Positions 18,280 to 28,336 are shown, counted from the stretch's first letter. The stretch: DNA of 64,000 bases from a virus (IMGVR_UViG_3300035704_000001:32001-96000); one strand, 5' to 3'. Notes: generated by a model not told the origin, from the letters alone. Translations and numbers: made by a program.

Positions 18280-19981
18280 CGTTGCCCTGCTGACCCCGGA
18301 CCAGCGGGAGAAGGCCAGCCTGCGGGTCAAGCGGCTGCGCGACATCATCGACTTCCCCGCCCTGGCCTGGTTCAATTCCGAGCCGTGCCCGCGGCACAAG
18401 GCCGACGGCACGCCCTACCCGCTGTGCCGGGAGTGCGGCATCATCCCGCGCCGCCACCAGCGGATCGGCGCGGCCTGGATGTACCTGGCGATGCGCGGGC
18501 TGCTGTCCGACACGGTGGGCTCGGGGAAGACCGCGCAGGCGCTGATGGTGCTGGCGATGTGCAAGCAGAACGGGGAGCTGGGCTACCACAACCGCGCGGT
18601 GATCATCTGCAAGCCGGCCGCGATGCACGACCCGTGGGCCGACTCGCTGCGCCGGCTCACCCCGGACCTGCACGTCATCGTCGCCGACGGCACCCCGGCG
18701 CAGCGCCGCAAGCTGTACGAGGGGGACTGGGAGGTCGCGGTCGTCTCCGAGCGGACCTTCGCCCCGGCCAAGGGCGCCACGACCTCCCGGCCGGGGGACG
18801 TGGACATCCTGGCCGCCCCGTACCGCCAGGTCGGGATTCTGTTCTACGACGACACCGACGCGATGCGGAACCCGTCCTCGCGGACCTGCCGGGCCATCAC
18901 CCGGCTGGCCAAGCGGTGCACCCGGGTGCACGGCATGCACGCCACCCCGCTGCAGAAGCGGCTGATGGAACTGTGGAGCTTCACCGGGCCGGTCGGCGGG
19001 CACGAGAAGAACCGGCTCGGCTCGGAGTCCCGCTGCCACCAGCGCTACGTCACCACCTCCGCCAAGTGGATCACGATGCCGAGCCGGACGGACCGGACCG
19101 GGCGCGATGTCGTCCGGCAGCGGGTGTTCGTGGATTCGGGGATGACCAAGGACCGGGCACGGGTGCTGGAGTTCCGCCGCGCCATCGCGCCGATCGTGCT
19201 CCGCCGCACCGCTGCCGACCTGGACGACGTGGACCTGCCGGACGTGCAGCTCAACCCGGTGTTCCTGGACCTTCACCCGGTTCAGCGGGCCCGGTACGAG
19301 GAGCTGCGCTCGGGGGTGCTGCGGCGCCTCAAGCCCGGCGGCATCGAGGTCACCCGCGCGGTGGCGGCCGCCGCGTTCACCCGCGGGCAGCAGATCTGCG
19401 GCGGGATGGCCGCGCTCGACGAGGGCGAGGGCACCGACATCTCGGTGAAGCTGGACTGGGTGATGGACGCCCTGACCGGCGACCTGGCCGAGGAGAAGGT
19501 GGTCTGCTTCGTCTACCACCGGGGCAACGTCCGGGCGCTGTCCGCGCGGCTGAAGCGGGAGAAGATCGGCCACGTGATCATGTCCTCGGACATGACCGAC
19601 AAGCGGCGCCGGGCCCGCCGCCTGCAGCTGTTCCGCGATGACCCGCGGGCCCGGGTGCTGATCGGCACCACCACCATCGAGGCGAGCCTGAACCTGCAGA
19701 CCGCCCGGCACCTGATCGCGGTGGACACCATCCTGAACCCGGCCCGGATGGAGCAGCTGGTCGGCCGGGTCCGGCGCCAGGGCTCCGCGTTCGGCATGGT
19801 GTTCCTGCACCAGCTGCTGTGCCGGGGTACCCAGGAGGACGGCTACCTGCCGCTGCTGCGGCGCGAGGCCGAGATAGCCGGCGCGGTCTGGGATGAGGCC
19901 ACCGACATCTTCCGCGCGCTCACGCCCCGCCAGATCATGCGCATGATCGCCGAGGGCACGCCCGGGGCGGCGGCGGCCTGA
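18266..19981 (+). CDS. SNF2-like superfamily 2 helicase
   Basis: LSDTVGSGKT (motif I), degenerate motif II (YDDTD), ATPLQ, SLNLQTA, QLVGRVRRQG. Confidence 0.85.
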   Translation: MALPDVALLTPDQREKASLRVKRLRDIIDFPALAWFNSEPCPRHKADGTPYPLCRECGIIPRRHQRIGAAWMYLAMRGLLSDTVGSGKTAQALMVLAMCKQNGELGYHNRAVIICKPAAMHDPWADSLRRLTPDLHVIVADGTPAQRRKLYEGDWEVAVVSERTFAPAKGATTSRPGDVDILAAPYRQVGILFYDDTDAMRNPSSRTCRAITRLAKRCTRVHGMHATPLQKRLMELWSFTGPVGGHEKNRLGSESRCHQRYVTTSAKWITMPSRTDRTGRDVVRQRVFVDSGMTKDRARVLEFRRAIAPIVLRRTAADLDDVDLPDVQLNPVFLDLHPVQRARYEELRSGVLRRLKPGGIEVTRAVAAAAFTRGQQICGGMAALDEGEGTDISVKLDWVMDALTGDLAEEKVVCFVYHRGNVRALSARLKREKIGHVIMSSDMTDKRRRARRLQLFRDDPRARVLIGTTTIEASLNLQTARHLIAVDTILNPARMEQLVGRVRRQGSAFGMVFLHQLLCRGTQEDGYLPLLRREAEIAGAVWDEATDIFRALTPRQIMRMIAEGTPGAAAA

Positions 19982-20178
19982 TGACCCGGCCCCGGTGCGA
20001 GGAGTGCGGGAAGTTCGTCTACACCTCGCGCAAGGACGCCCACCGCGGCATGGGCAAGCTGAAGAACCAGTTCGCCTACTGGGACCCGGAGTGCAAGGCC
20101 TGGCACACCTCCTCTACCAGGACGGCGGTCAGGGTCCGGCCGCAGCGGGAGATCCGCCACCGGCGCCGGGCCGCGTAA
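19981..20178 (+). CDS. small Zn-finger protein
   Basis: CEECGKFVY...AYWDPECKAWHTS. Confidence 0.65.
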   Translation: MTRPRCEECGKFVYTSRKDAHRGMGKLKNQFAYWDPECKAWHTSSTRTAVRVRPQREIRHRRRAA

Positions 20179-20224
20179 GGGGCACATCTTCCGCCGGTGG
20201 CTAGCGCATGACGATTGCGCCAGC

Positions 20225-20386
20225 ATGCCCAGCACCCGCACCGATCTCTTCCTCGCCGCCAAGCGGGTCCTGCGTGCCCACCGCGAGTGGACCGACGAGC
20301 AGGTGGCCGAGCATATCGGCTGCCACCCCCTCCTCGCCCCCGAGATCATCGGTCCCGCGCGTACCGAAGTCGAGCAGGACGGCTGA
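20225..20386 (+). CDS. 53-aa HTH protein (not in ORF track)
   Basis: MPSTRTDLFLAAKRVLRAHREWTDEQVAEHIGCHPLLAPEIIGPARTEVEQDG. Confidence 0.55.
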   Translation: MPSTRTDLFLAAKRVLRAHREWTDEQVAEHIGCHPLLAPEIIGPARTEVEQDG

Positions 20387-20390
20387 GTTC

Positions 20391-21083
20391 GTGGAGGACC
20401 CCGAGATCACGGCACGGGTCTCGGAGCTGGTGGACGGCATCATGCCGCAGGCCCGGGTGGAGGCGTACAAGGTGTGGCAGCGGGCGCCGCACGCGCTGGA
20501 GCTGGACGAGCTGCACGCCATCGCGCTGAAGGGGCTGGCCGAGGCGGCGGCCCGGTGGCAGCGCTACTGCCACGAGCACCAGCACAGCCCGCGGGCGTTC
20601 GAGTACTTCCCGGCGTACGTGCTGGCCCGGATGCGCGGCGCGATGCTGGACAACCTGCGCAGCCAGGACTGGGTGACCCGCTCGGACCGGACCCGGGCCA
20701 AGGCCATCCGCGACGCCGGCCAGGACCGGGGCGCGTCGGAGGCCGAGCTGGCCCGGGCCACCGGGATGACCGTGGGCGAGGTCCGCTCGACGCTGGCCGC
20801 GGTCTCCGCCCGCCCGGTCTCGATCGACGCCGAGCCGCACGACGTTCCCGACGAGGCTGACGTGGAGTCCCAGGCGGTGGTCTCCGAGGTGCTGGGGGCG
20901 GTCACCGCGGTGACCGCCGGGCTGCCGCCGGACGTGCAGGTGCTGCTGGCCCTGCGGTACTACGCCGGCCGCACGATCGCCGACGCCGCGGCCGCGCTCG
21001 GGATGGACCCGGCCGCCGCGGCCCGCGCGCACACCCGGGCCATCCTGTCCATCCACGATGCGATGATCAAGGCGGTGGCGTGA
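20391..21083 (+). CDS. RNA polymerase sigma factor, FliA/WhiG-like
   Basis: YVLARMRGAMLDNLRSQDWVTRSDR (region 2); LALRYYAGRTIADAAAALG (region 4). Confidence 0.85.
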   Translation: MEDPEITARVSELVDGIMPQARVEAYKVWQRAPHALELDELHAIALKGLAEAAARWQRYCHEHQHSPRAFEYFPAYVLARMRGAMLDNLRSQDWVTRSDRTRAKAIRDAGQDRGASEAELARATGMTVGEVRSTLAAVSARPVSIDAEPHDVPDEADVESQAVVSEVLGAVTAVTAGLPPDVQVLLALRYYAGRTIADAAAALGMDPAAAARAHTRAILSIHDAMIKAVA

Positions 21084-21400
21084 TGCCGGACCGGGCCATG
21101 CAGGCCGAGCGGGCAGGAGACCTGCCGTCCCTGGTGAAGCCCTCCATGACGCCCGGGCAGGCTCCCTCGCGGCTGCTGGAGAACCCGGACGAGGCCCGGG
21201 ACCGGCAGGTGGCCCAGATCGCCGGCGCGGTCAGCGCGCTGGCCCGCAAGGTGGATACGCTCGACCGGCCGCCGGTGACCACCGCGGACCGGCGGGAGGC
21301 GCTGGGCGTGGCGCTGGAGTACTTCACCGGGCTGGGTCATCGCCGAGCGCCGACCGTCAGCGAGATGGTCACAATCTCCAGGTACCTGACCGGGGAGTAG
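21083..21400 (+). CDS. hypothetical protein
   Basis: coupled to sigma stop. Confidence 0.55.
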   Translation: MPDRAMQAERAGDLPSLVKPSMTPGQAPSRLLENPDEARDRQVAQIAGAVSALARKVDTLDRPPVTTADRREALGVALEYFTGLGHRRAPTVSEMVTISRYLTGE

Positions 21401-21408
21401 TACAGGAC

Positions 21409-21828
21409 ATGGCACTGACGGATCTGGGGAAGAAGGCCGGCCGGGTGTTCCGGGCCGGCTGTCAGCACGTGCTCGACGAGATGAATCGGGAGCAGCCCCC
21501 GGCCGGGGAGGCGGACCCGCTGCACCGGGTGGTCCGGCACGCCTGCCCGGCGCAGGGCGGGGCCTCGGTCGGCATCGAGCTGGCCGAGCACCGCGAGATC
21601 AGCCCGCTGTACTGGGTCTGCTACTGCAGCCTCATCGCGCCGTACGTGAAGTACGTCTTCCCGCACGAGGACTGCCAGGGCGGGAAGCTGGCCCTGGAGG
21701 CCGGGTTGCTGACGTTCACCTGGAAGGATGGCCGGTGCCCCGGCTGCGGGCTGGCGCTGCGCAGCTCGCTGGGCCGCGTGGCGCTGACCGCGGAATTGCA
21801 ACCGCTGAAGGAGCGCCACGTTGGCTGA
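21409..21828 (+). CDS. Cys-rich hypothetical protein
   Basis: GTA element at -12. Confidence 0.65.
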   Translation: MALTDLGKKAGRVFRAGCQHVLDEMNREQPPAGEADPLHRVVRHACPAQGGASVGIELAEHREISPLYWVCYCSLIAPYVKYVFPHEDCQGGKLALEAGLLTFTWKDGRCPGCGLALRSSLGRVALTAELQPLKERHVG

Positions 21829-22351
21829 CAAGCCCGCACACATCATCGAGATCTCCGACGCGCTGGGCCGGGACGTGGACCGCTGGAAGGACGGCAAGGG
21901 CGAGGCCCCGCCTATCGACGCGTTCATGTCCGACCAGTCCCTGGAGCAGGCGGCGGCCCAGACCGCCCAGGTGGCCCGCGCGGTGCCGGCCAGCTCGCTG
22001 ACGCCCATTACCAAGGCCCAGGCGGACGGCCTGACCCGGTTCGACGGCGAGACCATGCCGCTGATCCCCCGCACGCAGCGGGTCCTCCCCGACCCGTTCC
22101 GGCGTCCGAGCATCGAGATCAACCACCACGGCCGCCAGTGGCTGCCGACCGCCGTCGAGGACGTCTCCGCCGGCGACACCGTGCCCGGGGTCGGCGTGGT
22201 GGTCAAGGCCGAGACGGTGCGGAGATTGCAGCCGGTTGACGGGTGGGGCGGCGTAGTAGAGGGCATGAAGGTAATCCTCACGGGCCCGAGCGGCACTCCT
22301 GTCTCATTCGACCTCGGCGAGCTGGTGCAGGCGCACCGGCTGCCGGACTAG
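21821..22351 (+). CDS. hypothetical protein
   Basis: AAGGAG RBS, TTG start. Confidence 0.65.
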   Translation: MADKPAHIIEISDALGRDVDRWKDGKGEAPPIDAFMSDQSLEQAAAQTAQVARAVPASSLTPITKAQADGLTRFDGETMPLIPRTQRVLPDPFRRPSIEINHHGRQWLPTAVEDVSAGDTVPGVGVVVKAETVRRLQPVDGWGGVVEGMKVILTGPSGTPVSFDLGELVQAHRLPD

Positions 22352-22353
22352 TC

Positions 22354-23031
22354 ATGTACCGGGTAGCGGACCTCTGCGGCGGGGTCGGGATCTCAGGCGA
22401 CGGCTACCGCAACGCCGGCGTCGAGCCGGTGTGCTTCGATATCGACCCCGGCTGCGCGAAGTACTGCCCGGGCGAGTTCCACTGCCTGGACATCCTGGAG
22501 CTGACCGTCGATGACCTCAAGAACTTCGACCTGATCCACCTGGCCGCGCCGTGCCAGCGCTGGTCGGACATGTGCGCGTGCCGCCCCGACCTGGCTGCGC
22601 AGTACCCGGACCTGATCACCCCGATGCGGCCGGTGCTCGACGAGCTGGCGGAGAAGCACGGCGTGCCCCATGTCATCGAGAACGTCGAGCGGTGCTCGGT
22701 GCTCCGGCCGGGGCGCAGCATCATGCTGTGCGGCACGATGTGGGGCAAGGAGCTGTACCGGCACCGCAAGATCGAGACCGGCGGCGGCCTGGTGGTCCCT
22801 CCGCTGCAGCACCCGAAGCACGTCAAGCGGGCCAGCAAGGCTGGGCACTGGGAGCCGGGTACGGTCATGTCGATCGCCGGGCACATCGCCCCCATCGGGC
22901 TGGCCCGGGAGCTGATGGGGGTCACCCGGTACGTGCCGCGCGAGCGGCTGGTGGAGGCCGCGCCTGCTTACTACATGCAGTACGTGGCCGAGCACGCCCG
23001 CGCCTACCTGTCGAACCGGGAGGCCGCGTGA
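22354..23031 (+). CDS. short DNA (cytosine-5) methyltransferase-like protein
   Basis: DLCGGVG (degenerate motif I), APCQ (motif IV), VIENV (motif VI), YRHR. Confidence 0.8.
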   Translation: MYRVADLCGGVGISGDGYRNAGVEPVCFDIDPGCAKYCPGEFHCLDILELTVDDLKNFDLIHLAAPCQRWSDMCACRPDLAAQYPDLITPMRPVLDELAEKHGVPHVIENVERCSVLRPGRSIMLCGTMWGKELYRHRKIETGGGLVVPPLQHPKHVKRASKAGHWEPGTVMSIAGHIAPIGLARELMGVTRYVPRERLVEAAPAYYMQYVAEHARAYLSNREAA

Positions 23032-24488
23032 GAGGCGCCAGGGAGCACGGCGAGCTGGTGCTGTCCGCAGTCATCGGCGGCCGCGGGTCGGTCCGGGCGC
23101 TGGACTACGTGATGTCGCGGCTCGGCCCGGACCAGTTCGAGGACACCCGGCAGCAGACCCTGCTGACGCTGCTGAACGGCTACGCCATGAGCACTCACGG
23201 CATCATGACGTCGGATGCGCTGGAGGACCTGCTGCGGGACAAGCCGGCCGGCTCCCGGGCGGACCTGGTGGCCTACTACGCCCTGCTGGCCGGCAGGCCG
23301 CTGCCGGAAGGGCACGCCTTCAAGCACTCGGTCGAGCAGCTGTCCGAGCTAGCCGCCAAGAGGTCCACCGGCACGGCGATGTCGGCTGCGCTGGAGATCC
23401 TGAACCACGGCGTCTGGGAGGACGAGCACACCCACCTCAAGGGCCACGAGGACGCCCGCAGCTACCTGCTGGCCGAGTTCGCCCGCATCGAAGCCGAGAT
23501 GCACCTGTCCGACTCGCCCGAGGGCGACGCGCACGACGACGCCTTCTCTGTGCTTGACGGCTATGCCAAGGCCAAGGCGCTGCGGGCGTCCGGGCAGGCC
23601 CTCGGGGTCAGGGTCGGCATCCCGTCGCTCGACGCCTACCTGGATGGCGGGCTGGGCAATGGCGAGATGGCCGTCATCCGGGCCGGGACCACGATCGGCA
23701 AGAGCCGGTTCTGCATCCAGTGGGCCTGGGACGCCAGCATCAAGCAGGGCAAGAACGTCATCTACTTCACCACCGAGACGCTGCGCCCGGAGATCTGTAT
23801 CAACCTGATCGCCCGGCACTCCCGCGAGCCTCAGTTCGGGCTGGCCGACGGGCTCAACTCCCGGTCCATCCGGGCCGGCCGGCTGAGTGCCGCGGAGGAG
23901 ACCGCGCTGGACGCGGTGGTCACCGACTTCAAGGGCGGGGACTACGGCCGGCTCCGGGTGGTGCAGATGCCGGAGAACTGCACCATGACCGCGCTGTCCA
24001 GCCGGTACGCGGCCATCGAGAAGATGTTCGCCCCGGACATGGTGTTCGCTGACTACCTGCAGCTGTTCGAGCCGGAGAAGCGCAGCAAGGACGCCCGGGA
24101 TTTCGAGAACCTGGCCGGCATCCTCAAGCGGGCCGAGCGCTGGTGCGGGACGTGCAGCAACGGCCGGGGCGTGGCGTTCGCCACCCCGTGGCAGGTGAAC
24201 CGCGGCGGCCGCGCCAACCTGCGCGCGTCGGGCGGCTACACCCTGGAGGACTCGGCCGGCTCGCAGGAGGCATCGAACACCCCGGACCTGGTGCTGGACC
24301 TGCTGGACCGCGAGGAGGACACCTCCAACGGCCGCCGGGCCCCGCTGGAGGTCCAGGTCAAGAAGAGCCGCAGCGGTCCCCGGGGCAAGCGGTTCCCGGT
24401 GGAAGCCGACTACGCTACCTGCTACTTCTCCGAGCGCGACCTGGGCGGCACGGAGATGGAGATGGTCCTGGAGGACGCTGATGCCTAG
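23028..24488 (+). CDS. DnaB-like replicative helicase
   Basis: AGTTIGKS Walker A, YFTTE, FADYLQL, WQVNR, KSRSG. Confidence 0.88.
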   Translation: MRGAREHGELVLSAVIGGRGSVRALDYVMSRLGPDQFEDTRQQTLLTLLNGYAMSTHGIMTSDALEDLLRDKPAGSRADLVAYYALLAGRPLPEGHAFKHSVEQLSELAAKRSTGTAMSAALEILNHGVWEDEHTHLKGHEDARSYLLAEFARIEAEMHLSDSPEGDAHDDAFSVLDGYAKAKALRASGQALGVRVGIPSLDAYLDGGLGNGEMAVIRAGTTIGKSRFCIQWAWDASIKQGKNVIYFTTETLRPEICINLIARHSREPQFGLADGLNSRSIRAGRLSAAEETALDAVVTDFKGGDYGRLRVVQMPENCTMTALSSRYAAIEKMFAPDMVFADYLQLFEPEKRSKDARDFENLAGILKRAERWCGTCSNGRGVAFATPWQVNRGGRANLRASGGYTLEDSAGSQEASNTPDLVLDLLDREEDTSNGRRAPLEVQVKKSRSGPRGKRFPVEADYATCYFSERDLGGTEMEMVLEDADA

Positions 24489-24684
24489 GCCCGGAGAGTT
24501 CGTCGGCTGCCCGGAGTGCTCGACTGAGGTGTTCGCGATCGTTCAGTGCGAGCGTGAGTTCGAGCTGCAGTGCGTAGCCGGGCACGTTATCCGCCGGTTC
24601 TTCGTCCTCGTCCCGCCCGACCCGCCCGCCCGCGAGCCCAGGAGCCCGCATGCTGCCGCGCACGCCGCTCGCCCGGATAGCTAA
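24481..24684 (+). CDS. small Zn-ribbon protein
   Basis: CPEC...CVAGH. Confidence 0.45.
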   Translation: MPRPGEFVGCPECSTEVFAIVQCEREFELQCVAGHVIRRFFVLVPPDPPAREPRSPHAAAHAARPDS

Positions 24685-25180
24685 TGAGCAGGTCCCGTTC
24701 TCCCAGGCAGCCAGCTGGGCCGGGCTGCGGGGAGTATCCGACCGGGGTACCCGGGATACCTGCCCGAAGTGCGGGCACGAGGCCTCGTTCCGCGGCTATC
24801 TCGACCACGGGTTCTGTCACCAGTGCCGGACGTATTTCTCGACGGTGACCCTGCTGGCCGTGAAGTGGGAGATGACGAACTTCGATGCGGCCCGAAGGGC
24901 GCTGGACCAGATCGGCTACGTGCCGCTGGACTACGCCGGGGAGTGGGAGCACGCGCAGCGCGAGCCCGAGCTTGACACCCCGGCGCTGGCCCGCGCGCTG
25001 CGCACCTGGTGCGCAGCGAACCTTCCCGGCTGGGAGTCGAAACAGCTCGATCCGGGCCCGGCTCATGTGCTGGCCCGCTGTCTCGGCCTGCTGCCGCGCG
25101 TGAAGACGGAACAAGATTGCGACGAGTGGCTGCGCCGGTGCACCCAGGTCATGGGCCGGCTGTTCGGGAAAGCTACCTGA
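24650..25180 (+). CDS. primase Zn-binding-domain-like protein
   Basis: CPKCGHEASFRGY..HGFCHQC...MTNFDAARRAL resembles a CHC2 primase Zn finger; next to DnaB. Confidence 0.6.
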   Translation: MLPRTPLARIANEQVPFSQAASWAGLRGVSDRGTRDTCPKCGHEASFRGYLDHGFCHQCRTYFSTVTLLAVKWEMTNFDAARRALDQIGYVPLDYAGEWEHAQREPELDTPALARALRTWCAANLPGWESKQLDPGPAHVLARCLGLLPRVKTEQDCDEWLRRCTQVMGRLFGKAT

Positions 25181-25240
25181 CTCGTGTTAGTGTTATAGTT
25201 ATCCCGGGAACACCAGAAGATGAAGGAAAGGAGGCAAGCC

Positions 25241-25594
25241 ATGCCAAGCCCGAGAGTTGCAGACCGGGGAGAACTCCCCGTGCTGGGAGGATGGACTGCT
25301 GTACCGGTTGCAGGCCAGATGATCGGCGTGTCCCGGCAGTGGATCTTCGACATGATCACGGCCGGCAAGATCAAGACCGCGCGCCGGGTCCCCGGTACCG
25401 GTGACCGCCCGGCGGCCATCGTGATGCGGACGGCGGAGGTCGAGCAGCTGGCGGCGCTGCGGGCCGCCTCCGAGTCCTGCGCCGAGTGCAAGAAGCTGCG
25501 GAACCTGGGCAAGCAGCCCAGTCTCTGCGAGCACACCGAGCGCGAGGAGATCCGCGTGCCGGAAGAGGACCTGGAAGCCGCTGCGTTCGGCTAG
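25241..25594 (+). CDS. HTH (excisionase/MerR-like) DNA-binding protein
   Basis: VAGQMIGVSRQWIFDMITAGKI; AGGAGG RBS; TATAGT promoter upstream. Confidence 0.7.
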   Translation: MPSPRVADRGELPVLGGWTAVPVAGQMIGVSRQWIFDMITAGKIKTARRVPGTGDRPAAIVMRTAEVEQLAALRAASESCAECKKLRNLGKQPSLCEHTEREEIRVPEEDLEAAAFG

Positions 25595-25609
25595 AGCGTA
25601 GTAACGGGC

Positions 25610-25870
25610 ATGAGGTACTGCGGAAGCCCTTACCCTCCGGCGCCGACGGTGCACCGGGTCCCGCTCACCGGCAAGGTGTCGTGGAACGTGACCTCCGAGA
25701 CGCACTCGGACGTCACGTACACGGTCACCCGCTTCCCCGACGGCCACTGGGAGTGCGACTGCCTGGGCTGCCACTACGGCGCCCGGCCGGACGGGGAGTG
25801 CAAGCACATCGACCGGATTCGCGGCTGGCTGGCCGGGGACGTCGCGGCCGCCCTGGCCGCGGCCGCGTGA
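25610..25870 (+). CDS. SWIM zinc-finger protein
   Basis: YTVT...WECDC...ECKHI. Confidence 0.75.
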   Translation: MRYCGSPYPPAPTVHRVPLTGKVSWNVTSETHSDVTYTVTRFPDGHWECDCLGCHYGARPDGECKHIDRIRGWLAGDVAAALAAAA

Positions 25871-26157
25871 TCATGCTTATCCTGGACAGCAGGGGCACTG
25901 CAGGAGTGAGCATGAGCGTGGATACCGAGTTCCTGGCCGCTCGCGGCTGGGACATGAGCGCTCCCGTCGACCTCTGCTACCTGGACTGCCCGGCGCCGGG
26001 CCACCTCAAGGTCGTGGCCGGGACGGAAATCATTCTGTGCCCGGCCCACGCCATGGTGCTGGAGGCAGGCGCCTGGCACGGCGACTACACCGGGGCCGAG
26101 ACCCCGGCCGGCTCGATGGCCGGGGAGTGGCCCTGGATGCCCGCGCAGGTGGCCTGA
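25867..26157 (+). CDS. hypothetical protein (start uncertain)
   Basis: GTGA coupling; LCPAH. Confidence 0.5.
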   Translation: MIMLILDSRGTAGVSMSVDTEFLAARGWDMSAPVDLCYLDCPAPGHLKVVAGTEIILCPAHAMVLEAGAWHGDYTGAETPAGSMAGEWPWMPAQVA

Positions 26158-26381
26158 TGGCCGTGGTGTGGAACGAGGACCCGCTGGGACAGCTCGGGCC
26201 GCAGGCGAAGTGCCAGGGCTGTGAGAAGGGCCTGTGGCCGCGCGGGGAGAACTGGTCGGACGCGGACGGGTTCGAGGTCTGCATCAAGGTCCCGCTGAAA
26301 GACACCGGGACCGGGCAGCGCCCGGACTACGTGCTGCACCAGCCGATGCCGGCCGGCCTGCGCGGCGCCCCGGCCGTATAA
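26157..26381 (+). CDS. hypothetical protein
   Basis: TGATG coupling. Confidence 0.55.
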   Translation: MAVVWNEDPLGQLGPQAKCQGCEKGLWPRGENWSDADGFEVCIKVPLKDTGTGQRPDYVLHQPMPAGLRGAPAV

Positions 26382-26387
26382 AAGGAC

Positions 26388-26687
26388 ATGACCGCACCCC
26401 AGGGCCGGTGCGCCGGCTGCCAGGAGAACGGGCCGGTGCGCGAGGTCATCATGCACATCGTGAGCTGCGACGGGTTCGCCCTGCTGATACAGCAGGGCCT
26501 GCACCCGCTGGACCCGGCCCCGGAGTACGCCCGCTGGCTGGCCCAGGACCGCGACCGCGAGCACGCTGAGGATCTGCGGGGCCGCGTGGACGATACCGTC
26601 CGGCGCAGGGACCTGTCCGCGGACCGGTTCGCCGGCGATGACCTCCTGGGAGACAACGACGATGAGCAGCACCGGCAGATGGTCTGA
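26388..26687 (+). CDS. hypothetical protein
   Basis: GTA element at -12; CAGC...HIVSC. Confidence 0.65.
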   Translation: MTAPQGRCAGCQENGPVREVIMHIVSCDGFALLIQQGLHPLDPAPEYARWLAQDRDREHAEDLRGRVDDTVRRRDLSADRFAGDDLLGDNDDEQHRQMV

Positions 26688-26961
26688 GCTGTTCGGTGAC
26701 GGGCGCAAGTGGCGGGTGCTGGAAGAGGCTACCGGGCAGGTAAACCAGGGCGGAGCGGTTGTCGAGTTCCGCCGCGGCCGGTTCGAGGTCAAGACGTCCG
26801 GGCACGCTTACGCCTCGCCGCTGTCCACCAACCTGGCGCTGCGCGGAGTGGTGCTCCAGGAGACCGACGACTCCGGAGCGCACGATATCCCCGGGTCGCG
26901 GGTCGCGGTCGGCCAGCCCGCCGTCAAGACCGCCCGGGCCGAGTTCGGGGCCATCTGGTGA
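26662..26961 (+). CDS. hypothetical protein
   Basis: GGGAG RBS. Confidence 0.6.
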   Translation: MSSTGRWSELFGDGRKWRVLEEATGQVNQGGAVVEFRRGRFEVKTSGHAYASPLSTNLALRGVVLQETDDSGAHDIPGSRVAVGQPAVKTARAEFGAIW

Positions 26962-27155
26962 GCGCCGGGAGACGGTGGTGGTCCGAGCCCTGCGCGGGCG
27001 CGTGCCGCCACACCATCATGGTGTTCGCCGAGCAGCCCGGCACGGTGGTGGTGCACGCCGACTGCCCGCTGCCCGAATCTCCTGAAAATGCCCGGCCGCC
27101 CGTGCACTATGTGAAGGACTTTGATACCTGCCGGGCGGAAGACGGGCAGTCCTGA
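26958..27155 (+). CDS. hypothetical protein
   Basis: GTGA coupling. Confidence 0.45.
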   Translation: MSAGRRWWSEPCAGACRHTIMVFAEQPGTVVVHADCPLPESPENARPPVHYVKDFDTCRAEDGQS

Positions 27156-27194
27156 CGCAAGTCAGCTTGACTAGTGTCAGGTGAATGATACGAT
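27152..27194 (+). promoter_or_regulatory. tandem double operator and promoter
   Basis: CTGAC-gcaa-GTCAG-c-TTGAC-tagt-GTCAGGT then TACGAT. Confidence 0.75.
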
Positions 27195-28336
27195 CTTCCT
27201 ATCGGTGGATCAGGCCCCAGAGGCGGGTGGAGCGGTTGGCTGCAGCATCTCTTTGCACGGTCCCTGCCAGCTACGATGAGCTGGCCCGGGTCTACGGCCC
27301 CAGCATTTCCGCGGTCGTGCGGCGGTGCATCCCGTGGGCTAAGCCCTGGGATCGCGAGGACGTCGAGCAGTACATTCTCCAGCAGTTCGTGGCCAATGAC
27401 GTGATCGCGCAATTCGACCCGGCCAAGGTGGCCGACCGGGCCCGGGACCCGTTCCGGGCCCTCATCCTGGCCAAGGCCACGCTGTACTGCCGGGGCAAGG
27501 CCCAGGCGCTGGCCACCCGGTACGGCCGCGAGCTGTCGATCGCCGATGCCGAGGTGGGGGACGGCTCCTCTGCCTGGATCGACCAGGTGACGGACGGCGC
27601 GGTCGAGGACGACTACGGCCTGGACGACGACCAGACCGTGGAGCGGCTGCGCGCGTACCTGGCGACCCGCCCGCCGGCCGACGGCCAGCCGCACCTGCTG
27701 GAGATGTTCGACGACCTCGCGGCCCGCGCGGCAGCGGGCGAGCCGGTCAACTCCGTGGTGGTCCGGAGGAAGTTCGGCGGCACCCCGAAGCAGGCAGCGG
27801 GCTACCTGGCCCGGCTGCGGGCTGAACTGCGCGAGGCGGCCAGGGTCCGCCCCGCCGCCGCGGCGGACGAGGAGCCGGAGCCGCCGGAGCCGGAGCTGCC
27901 CGACTTCGAGGTGGATCTCGGGGTGACCGTGCTGATGGCGTCGGAGGTGCTGTGCGCGGCCGACATCCTCAAGGAGGCCTCGGGTAACCAGGTGGTCGGG
28001 TACTGGAGCGCGGCTGAGCATCCGCTGGCCGGGTTCGGCAGGACCTGGTACCTGAAGCCGGCTAAAGCCGAGCTGCGGCGGTACGCGCACCTGCGCGGGG
28101 AGAAGGGCGGCCACTACGAGGGCGGCCACGGGAGCCCGGTCAGGCGCGGGCTGATCCACTGGCTGGAGCGCATCGGCGGCCGGCCGGTGCCGCCGCCGCC
28201 GCGGGTGCGCCCGGCCGAGCGGAGGCCGCGGGCCGTGCACTTCGATCAGCTGGAGGCTGCCCTGTGGCAGATGCCAGGATCGAATCAGGCCAAGGTCGAC
28301 AAGATGCTCGCAATGGCGCGAGGGGTGTTCACGTGA
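27185..28336 (+). CDS. second sigma-factor-like protein (true start probably 27227-27236)
   Basis: YDELARVYGPSISAVVRR...REDVEQ...FDPAK...FRALI resembles sigma region 2; HTH-like segment later. Confidence 0.55.
   Translation: MIRSSYRWIRPQRRVERLAAASLCTVPASYDELARVYGPSISAVVRRCIPWAKPWDREDVEQYILQQFVANDVIAQFDPAKVADRARDPFRALILAKATLYCRGKAQALATRYGRELSIADAEVGDGSSAWIDQVTDGAVEDDYGLDDDQTVERLRAYLATRPPADGQPHLLEMFDDLAARAAAGEPVNSVVVRRKFGGTPKQAAGYLARLRAELREAARVRPAAAADEEPEPPEPELPDFEVDLGVTVLMASEVLCAADILKEASGNQVVGYWSAAEHPLAGFGRTWYLKPAKAELRRYAHLRGEKGGHYEGGHGSPVRRGLIHWLERIGGRPVPPPPRVRPAERRPRAVHFDQLEAALWQMPGSNQAKVDKMLAMARGVFT

Noticed and set aside
20208-20390. N-terminal extension of the sigma factor given by the ORF track
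   Set aside because: Ser/Pro-rich out-of-frame reading of the small HTH gene at 20225-20386; GTG 20391 is the better start.
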